Assembly (NCBI GenBank): GCA_944325025.1
Contig: CALUYN010000005.1
Span: forward strand, 14,478 to 78,477
Length of the DNA: 64,000 nucleotides
Origin: Candidatus Gastranaerophilales bacterium
Lineage (GTDB): Bacteria > Cyanobacteriota > Vampirovibrionia > Gastranaerophilales > Gastranaerophilaceae
Reading direction: 5' to 3'
The notes beneath the pieces are model-generated. The model saw only the letters and a program-made list of their open reading frames with translations. It searched no databases and was not told the origin of the DNA. This document shows positions 55,721-64,000 of the stretch, in pieces (position 1 is the stretch's first letter; the number at the start of each line of letters is the position of its first letter). A program made the position numbers and the translations under genes.

Positions 55721-56653
55721 TTAGCCTAATTGAGCATTTGCTCCGGAAACTACTTCTATAATTTCCTGTGTAATCGCAAATTGTCTTGTTTTGTTGTAGA
55801 CAACTGACAATTCGGAAATCATTTTTTCTGCGTTGCTCGTTGCTGCTGACATTGCAGTCATTCTGCTTGCAAGTTCACTTGCCTGTGCTTCTAAAAGCGA
55901 CTGATAAAGTATATTTGTCATATACATTGGCACAACTTTTTGCAAGATGCTGTGCATATTTGGCACAAATTCCATTAAAGGATCTAAAACATTGTCATGC
56001 AATTTTTCTTCAGCTTCCCCTAAATTTTGCAGAGGTAAAATATCCCAGTTTTCAACAAAATAGCTCATCATATTCTTAAAACGGGTTGTAATAACTTCAA
56101 TTTTGTCTATTTTGTGTGAAACAAAGTATTCTGCTATATCTTCAATTATAAGACTTGCGCCTTCAGGAGTTGGAGAATTTGCTGCTTCAAAATAAGTTTT
56201 TGCTATTTCACAATTGAGTTCTTTGCATTTTCTTTTTAAAGATGAAACACCTTTTTGACCTACTATAAACAAAACAGTATTTATGCCCTGTGCTTTATAA
56301 TCTTTTATTGTTTGTAATGTTTTTCTTATAATATTAGCATTGTAAGCTCCTGCAAGCCCTTTATTAGAGGTAATTACAAGAAGCCCTACGGTCTTAATTT
56401 CCCTGACTTGCAAAAGTTCAGGGTAATTATCTATAGCTGATTTAATTTTCAATCCTTGAGCACTGTAATTACCCACAGAGTCAAGCAATTTTTTGAACAT
56501 TGAAACAAGTTCACCGGTAAACGGTCGTGACAATTTTACGGTATTTTCAGCCTTTTTAACCTTGGCTGCAGCAACCATTTTCATTGCTCTTGTAATTTTT
56601 TGTGTGCTTTGAACACTCTGTATTCTGTTTTTTATGTCTTTTAAGTTTGCCAT
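55721..56653 (-). CDS. atpG: ATP synthase F1 gamma
   Basis: KITRAMKMVAAAK, SNKGLAGAYN, SELASRMTAM, TRQFAITQEI. Confidence 0.96.
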   Translation of the reverse strand: MANLKDIKNRIQSVQSTQKITRAMKMVAAAKVKKAENTVKLSRPFTGELVSMFKKLLDSVGNYSAQGLKIKSAIDNYPELLQVREIKTVGLLVITSNKGLAGAYNANIIRKTLQTIKDYKAQGINTVLFIVGQKGVSSLKRKCKELNCEIAKTYFEAANSPTPEGASLIIEDIAEYFVSHKIDKIEVITTRFKNMMSYFVENWDILPLQNLGEAEEKLHDNVLDPLMEFVPNMHSILQKVVPMYMTNILYQSLLEAQASELASRMTAMSAATSNAEKMISELSVVYNKTRQFAITQEIIEVVSGANAQLG

Positions 56654-56734
56654 TGTTATACCGCAGCTTACAAACATTTACAGGGCGTTTTATTTATTAC
56701 ACCTGTTTTGCTTTATAAACTTTCCTTTCTTAAC

Positions 56735-58808
<2,074 letters not shown>

Positions 58809-58812
58809 GGAA

Positions 58813-59316
58813 TTATACCTTATCTAAATTTTCAATGCTTTCATCAATATATTTTTTGTGAAGTTCAGGATTATTTTCAAGCATATTTTTTATATGTTCC
58901 TGAGCAAGTGCTACTGATGATTTCAATGTTTTTTCCGACATTTTAGCCGAAAGTGTTTTTTCTTCTGCTGAAATTACTCTTTCAATATTTTTTTCAATTA
59001 ATTTTACCTGAGCATCAGTATTTTCAGAAATCTGTTTAGATATACCTTCTGCCCTTTGCGAAGCTTCTTTCAACCTGCTTTTGATATCTTCATCAATATG
59101 TTCGATTGCTTTTTGAGCGCCTGCAAGTTTATTTTTAGCATTTTCCTGTTCTTTTTTTGCATTGTCAATTGTGTTGACGATATCAAGTCTTATTTTTTCA
59201 ATAGTATCTGCCAGATTAATTTTCTTAAACAGTATTGCAAAAATAAGTATAAGAACTACAAAATTAAATGTATTTGATTCAACTATAAGGTTCCAAAAAT
59301 TCAACAATTCATTCAT
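58813..59316 (-). CDS. atpF: ATP synthase F0 subunit b
   Basis: ESNTFNFVVL TM (cyanobacterial-like ETNLIN motif) plus coiled coil; start directly follows the b' stop. Confidence 0.88.
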   Translation of the reverse strand: MNELLNFWNLIVESNTFNFVVLILIFAILFKKINLADTIEKIRLDIVNTIDNAKKEQENAKNKLAGAQKAIEHIDEDIKSRLKEASQRAEGISKQISENTDAQVKLIEKNIERVISAEEKTLSAKMSEKTLKSSVALAQEHIKNMLENNPELHKKYIDESIENLDKV

Positions 59317-59317
59317 A

Positions 59318-59785
59318 TTAATTGAGTATCCTGTTAATAAGTTCATTGTCGGTATTTTCTATTTTTACATCCATACCGAGTACTTTTGAAGATATTACTT
59401 CTGCCAGATCTTTAACTTTTGTTTTAAGTTCTTCAGTATACTGGTTTGCTTCAGTTTGAAGACTTGATTTGGCAGAAGTTATTTCTTCCATTGATTTTTG
59501 TTTCGCTTCTGATGTTTTTGCTCGGGAATTTTCATTAGCTTCGTTAACTTTATCCGCAACAAGTTTTTTCGCATCGGCAACAGATTTATTCAATCTGTCA
59601 TCTCTGTCTTTTAAAATCGCATCAGCTTTATTGCTTGAATTTAGAGCGTCATTTTTTGTTTCATCCAAATATTTTTGTCTTTCGCAAATTACTCTTCCAA
59701 GCGGTTTATAAAATATTATATTCATAATTACTGTGAATATAATAAAACTTACTGCTGATACTAAAAATGTTGCGTTAAATTCCAT
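59318..59785 (-). CDS. ATP synthase F0 subunit b' (second b)
   Basis: FNATF...FYKPL...ER pattern plus coiled coil. Confidence 0.88.
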   Translation of the reverse strand: MEFNATFLVSAVSFIIFTVIMNIIFYKPLGRVICERQKYLDETKNDALNSSNKADAILKDRDDRLNKSVADAKKLVADKVNEANENSRAKTSEAKQKSMEEITSAKSSLQTEANQYTEELKTKVKDLAEVISSKVLGMDVKIENTDNELINRILN

Positions 59786-59799
59786 TGCAATTTCTCCGA

Positions 59800-60039
59800 T
59801 TATTTACCTAACAGCAAGAATGCGATAACGAATGCATACAATGCACAAGCTTCTGATAAAGCGGCGCCGAGCAAGAAGAAACCGAATGCTTTACCTGCAA
59901 CTTCCGGTTGTCTTGAAACTGCATCCATTAAACCTTTTGTAGCAAAACCAATACCGAGTCCTGCACCTACTGCACCAAAACCGATTGCAATACCTGCACC
60001 TAAGTGTGCCATTTGTGAAATTGAAGCTGTGTCTACCAT
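59800..60039 (-). CDS. atpE: ATP synthase F0 subunit c
   Basis: GAGLGIG, RQPE, conserved Glu in LSEAC. Confidence 0.95.
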   Translation of the reverse strand: MVDTASISQMAHLGAGIAIGFGAVGAGLGIGFATKGLMDAVSRQPEVAGKAFGFFLLGAALSEACALYAFVIAFLLLGK

Positions 60040-60076
60040 TTTTTTCTCCTTTATTTAAATACTTTTTCTAAAGTAA

Positions 60077-60766
60077 CTAATGTTCGCCTGTTGCTGAGCC
60101 GATATATGCTATGGTCAGCATCATAAATACAGTTGCCTGAATAAATGCAACCAGAATTTCAAATAACATTATAGGCAGAGGCAGAAAATATGCCAGACCG
60201 CCTAGTGCTATAGAAACAAGGATTTCTCCTGCAAATATGTTTGCAAAAAGTCGGATTGCAAGGCTTAAAGGTCTTGTAAACATTTCTAAAAGTTCAACAA
60301 GCGCCATAACAATTCCAGTAAAACTCAGTTCATGCAAGAAGAATTTATGACCTTTTGCCCTGATACCCATAAATACATAGTATATTAAAACTATTATTGC
60401 CATTGCGGCAGTAAGGTTTATATCATTAGTCGGGGAAGCAAGCTCGCCGCCGTTTTTAAGGTGGATAATTCTCAACGGAAGCTGCCCCATAAGGTTTGCT
60501 GTTACAATAAAAAGAAATAAAGATGCAACTAAAGGTACATGCTGTCTGTTTTCATTTTCTACCATAGTGTCAAGTGTTCCGTAGAAAAATTTCATAATAC
60601 CTTCAGATACAGCCTGAAGTTTGCCCGGAACAAGGGAAAGGTGTCTTGTTGCCATAATTGCAAATATTATAACAACAGCCATTGCAAACCACATTGTAAA
60701 AATTGTATCAAGGTTTAAAGATATAGCATGCCCTGAAATATTTAATGTGTAAACCCAATGTTCCAT
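60077..60766 (-). CDS. atpB: ATP synthase F0 subunit a
   Basis: PTNDINLT, RPLSLAIRLFANIFAGE, FIQATVF; start MEHWVY with SD GGGAG. Confidence 0.95.
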   Translation of the reverse strand: MEHWVYTLNISGHAISLNLDTIFTMWFAMAVVIIFAIMATRHLSLVPGKLQAVSEGIMKFFYGTLDTMVENENRQHVPLVASLFLFIVTANLMGQLPLRIIHLKNGGELASPTNDINLTAAMAIIVLIYYVFMGIRAKGHKFFLHELSFTGIVMALVELLEMFTRPLSLAIRLFANIFAGEILVSIALGGLAYFLPLPIMLFEILVAFIQATVFMMLTIAYIGSATGEH

Positions 60767-60871
60767 ATATTTCTCTCCCTTATGATTTAATTGTAACTCG
60801 TAAAAAAAAAATCGCAAATTTTTTTTGTTTGTCCTAATATTGTTATATATTATTGCTGTACAGGGGAACTA

Positions 60872-61594
60872 ATGAATATTATTAATCTTGATAAAGTCAA
60901 TTCAACAAATTTATATGCGAAAGAAAATCTTGAAAAGTTTTCGGATAAATCCGTAATTTCTGCGGATATTCAAACAAATGGCAGAGGCAGATTTAACAGA
61001 AACTGGGTTGACATGGGGGAGGGCAATCTTTTTATGTCAATTGTTCTAAAACCGTCATCCGTATTTAGTCCTGTGTATGCAAATCTTACCCAGTATTTGT
61101 CTGTTATTTTATGCAGAATTTTTGAAGAATACGGGCTTGAACCGGAGATTAAATGGCCTAATGATGTATTAATAGACGGCAAAAAAATTTCAGGAATTTT
61201 GTGCGAAACTGTTATTCAAAATGGCAGTTTGAATGGGTTGATTTTAGGTGTCGGTGTAAATTTAAATGCTGATAAGGATAAGCTTTCACTTGTTTCAGAT
61301 AAGCCGGTTACTGCTTTGAATTTAGAGCTTTTCAGAGAGTACGAAGATAAACATTTGTTCACAGAGAAGCTTTTAAATGAATTCTTTAAACATTATGATA
61401 GTTTTTTGATGAACGGATTTATCATGATAAAAGATGAATACTTACAGAGATGCAGTTTTATCGGTAAAAAAATCAAAGTAAAATTATATGACAAAACAAT
61501 TACCGCTGTTGCAATGCGGCTTACTGACAGCGGAGAATTAATATTGAAAGATAGTGAAAAAGAGGTTGCATTAAGTGCAGGCGATATAATATAA
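60872..61594 (+). CDS. birA: Biotin--[acetyl-CoA carboxylase] ligase (no HTH)
   Basis: STN, QTNGRGR, KWPND, KKISGIL, GVGVN. Confidence 0.93.
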   Translation: MNIINLDKVNSTNLYAKENLEKFSDKSVISADIQTNGRGRFNRNWVDMGEGNLFMSIVLKPSSVFSPVYANLTQYLSVILCRIFEEYGLEPEIKWPNDVLIDGKKISGILCETVIQNGSLNGLILGVGVNLNADKDKLSLVSDKPVTALNLELFREYEDKHLFTEKLLNEFFKHYDSFLMNGFIMIKDEYLQRCSFIGKKIKVKLYDKTITAVAMRLTDSGELILKDSEKEVALSAGDII

Positions 61595-61611
61595 TAAATT
61601 CAACAGGAGAT

Positions 61612-62208
61612 ATGTATATGAAAAAAGCGGCGGTTTTGGGTTCAGCATCAGGACAAAATTTAAAGGCAATTGTAAAATACTTTGAAAACAAAGACGTTAA
61701 AATTACGGCTGTTTCAGATATTGAAAATTCTGATTTTTTGCAGGTGGCAAAATCTTTAAATATTGAATGGAAATTTTTGCCATATGAGCAGAATTTTGAA
61801 TATTTCTCAGCACATGATTTTGATTTAATAGCTTTATCTGACTACAGGCGCCAATTAAAGTCTGATGTTTTGGAACTCGGAAAATTCATAAGCGTTCATC
61901 CATCTCTGCTTCCCTCATTTAAGGGACCTGATGCAATAAACAGAGCTTTTTTCTCAGGGGTTAAAGTTTCAGGTGTAACTGTACATTTGATTAATGAAGA
62001 TATTGATAACGGAAAAATAATCGCTCAATACCCTGTATTAATTGGGAATTTAACGCATTATGACGAGTTTGAAAGCGATATACATGCTCTTGAAGATTTG
62101 TTGTATCCGATAGTTATAGAAAAAATATTAAATAATCAGGTCTTTGATTTTCCGGATTTAATTCAGGGAAATCAATGCGGAGGCTGCGGCGGATGTGTTA
62201 AAGATTAA
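61612..62208 (+). CDS. Formyltransferase, PurN-like
   Basis: [21 protein letters not shown]; divergent N-terminus; C-terminal CGGCGGC. Confidence 0.75.
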   Translation: MYMKKAAVLGSASGQNLKAIVKYFENKDVKITAVSDIENSDFLQVAKSLNIEWKFLPYEQNFEYFSAHDFDLIALSDYRRQLKSDVLELGKFISVHPSLLPSFKGPDAINRAFFSGVKVSGVTVHLINEDIDNGKIIAQYPVLIGNLTHYDEFESDIHALEDLLYPIVIEKILNNQVFDFPDLIQGNQCGGCGGCVKD

Positions 62209-63557
62209 TTTACTTTAATTTCCTGTCCGTTGTCGTTAAAATATAATATTTGTCCGTCATTAGCCTGCAGAGTATAATATTTTACCCCGTTTGCGTCGGC
62301 TTCCAATGCAGGGAATTGTACAATATTAGAACCTGATTCATTTTTTATAATTGTATTATTCTCAAAATTATTCCCGTTAACTTCAGGACTTACGAATGCC
62401 CTATATAGATCTGTATCCTGCAATGGGGTGTTTTTTGCCGTATATTGTCCGTTAGAAATTTTTTCAACAAAAGAGGCTTTATTATAATTATTACCAAGTG
62501 ATTTTTTTAGTATATCAACTGCTGAGAGATCTCTTTGGCTTATACTGCTTCCGATATTTAACTGAATATCAAGTCTGCTAGCCGGAGATTGATCATTAAG
62601 AGTCTGCTTCATAAAATTATTTATATTATTTTGATAAAAATTAGACTTTAGACCTTCATTGTTTTGAATTTCTCCATTTACAAAAAATTCTCCGATATTT
62701 AATGCATTTTCCTTATAATCATTATAAGGATCAAAATCAGGAGCTGAAGGTGGTAATATCTTTTCTGCTCCAGTATCAGTTACTACAGGCTGTGCCGATG
62801 CTTGAATTTCGGACGCATCTTCTATTATTCCGTTGTTGAACTCGACTTGTTTGCCGGTTTCATCAAAGTAAAATATTTCATTATTGCCGTGAAGTGTAAA
62901 ATATTTAGTTCCGTTTTTATCTATTTCTACAGAAGGTATTTGCACGTTATTTGCGCATGCACCACGTGGCAGAAGTTTGTTGTTTTCCCCTGTAAAGTTA
63001 TCGCCATTAACATCCTCACTTATAAATACTTTATATAAATCCGTATTTTCTAGCCATTGGTTTTCAGGGATAATTTCTCCGTTTTCATTTACTACTATTC
63101 TACTGTTATTATTTAAATGGTCTCCAATTACTTTATTTAAAATGCTGTATGGCGTGTCATTATCTTTTCTTGTCATAGATTTGCCGGCTTGCATTTCGAT
63201 TACTATTTTTGTTGCGGAATCATCATCATTTAAAGACTCTGTACTCAGTAAAGCAAGATTATTTGCATAAAAATTTGATTTCATATTTTTGCCGCTAAGC
63301 TGTGTAATTTCTTTGCCACCGATGGTTATTGTTCCCATATTCATATTTTGCGGGCTGTAGTCTTCTTTTTGTATAAAAATTTCGTTGTTTTCAAGCACTA
63401 ATTTGTTGCCGGTGTAAATTAAATTTTTATCCCTTATACCTGGATTTAACTTTAGGATTGTTTCAATATTTGTATTATATTTTTTTGCTATATGAGTTAA
63501 ATTATCACCATATTTAATTGTGTAAACTAATTTATTGCCATTAATATTTTCTACCAT
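62205..63557 (-). CDS. LysM domain protein with internal domain duplication
   Basis: [30 protein letters not shown]...IYTGNKL is a LysM; two homologous ~165-aa blocks follow. Confidence 0.85.
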   Translation of the reverse strand: MVENINGNKLVYTIKYGDNLTHIAKKYNTNIETILKLNPGIRDKNLIYTGNKLVLENNEIFIQKEDYSPQNMNMGTITIGGKEITQLSGKNMKSNFYANNLALLSTESLNDDDSATKIVIEMQAGKSMTRKDNDTPYSILNKVIGDHLNNNSRIVVNENGEIIPENQWLENTDLYKVFISEDVNGDNFTGENNKLLPRGACANNVQIPSVEIDKNGTKYFTLHGNNEIFYFDETGKQVEFNNGIIEDASEIQASAQPVVTDTGAEKILPPSAPDFDPYNDYKENALNIGEFFVNGEIQNNEGLKSNFYQNNINNFMKQTLNDQSPASRLDIQLNIGSSISQRDLSAVDILKKSLGNNYNKASFVEKISNGQYTAKNTPLQDTDLYRAFVSPEVNGNNFENNTIIKNESGSNIVQFPALEADANGVKYYTLQANDGQILYFNDNGQEIKVN

Positions 63558-63724
63558 ATAATCTCCATGTTATTTTATTATTATATATCTATAAACACTT
63601 TTTTTTTGTGAAAAGTCTGAAAATATTTATATTGATACAAAAGTTAATATAATAATTATACTTAACATAGTGCAATATTTTTCACAATGTTATATAATTA
63701 AGTTGATGTTGAAGGAGTTAAATT

Positions 63725-64000
63725 ATGTCAATAGATGATGCATTAGTTATGATTTTGGCAGGCGGAGAAGGTAAAAGATTATACCCTTTGACCAAAGACA
63801 GAGCAAAACCTGCTGTTCCGTTTGGAGGTAGATACAGAATTATAGATTTTGTATTAAATAATTTTATAAATTCAGGTTTTTTCAAGATAAAAGTTTTGAC
63901 TCAATACAAATCAGATTCTTTAAATAAGCATATAACCAGAGGCTGGGCATTGTCGCCTTTTTTGAATCAATATGTTGATTTGGCGCCGGCACAGATGAGA
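63725..64000 (+). CDS. glgC: Glucose-1-phosphate adenylyltransferase (3' truncated by window edge)
   Basis: [42 protein letters not shown]; SD AAGGAG. Confidence 0.93.
   Translation, partial: MSIDDALVMILAGGEGKRLYPLTKDRAKPAVPFGGRYRIIDFVLNNFINSGFFKIKVLTQYKSDSLNKHITRGWALSPFLNQYVDLAPAQMR

Noticed and set aside
59800-60039. Na+-translocating ATP synthase
   Set aside because: The Gln and Ser/Thr Na+ ligands are absent from subunit c.

Overview
An AT-rich bacterial chromosomal window that is mostly housekeeping genes: dnaE, anmK, tig-clpP-clpX, polA, tlyA, tatD, proS, gcvPB, miaA, rsmE, a tRNA nucleotidyltransferase, atpB-E-F'-F-H-A-G, birA and the start of glgC. The ATP synthase layout is cyanobacterial (b plus b', beta/epsilon absent from the cluster), there are no photosynthesis genes, and there are several 'AFTLAEVLIT' pilin-like genes. 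Together these suggest a non-photosynthetic cyanobacterial relative (Melainabacteria/Gastranaerophilales-like); this is inference, no search was run. Two structures stand out. (1) Both complete pilin-like genes have a strong SD+ATG, then a G10 or C9 tract that currently leads to an early stop. Adding one base fuses each ATG to a long leader built from palindromes and 7-8 bp tandem repeats, which ends in a duplicated prepilin motif. This is a candidate phase-variation system. (2) Four ~120-145 bp structured elements sit behind three tRNA genes. Each ends in a duplicate of the host tRNA 3' end, and each begins with a sequence complementary to that tRNA's own T-arm, so it co-varies with the target. 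Two of the duplicates carry a CCA that the intact genes lack. Also noted: a PafBC-like WYL pair upstream of dnaE, a GGA-rich candidate sRNA and a probable CC-adding enzyme. No CRISPR, integrase, transposase or reverse transcriptase was recognised. All calls come from reading motifs by eye.
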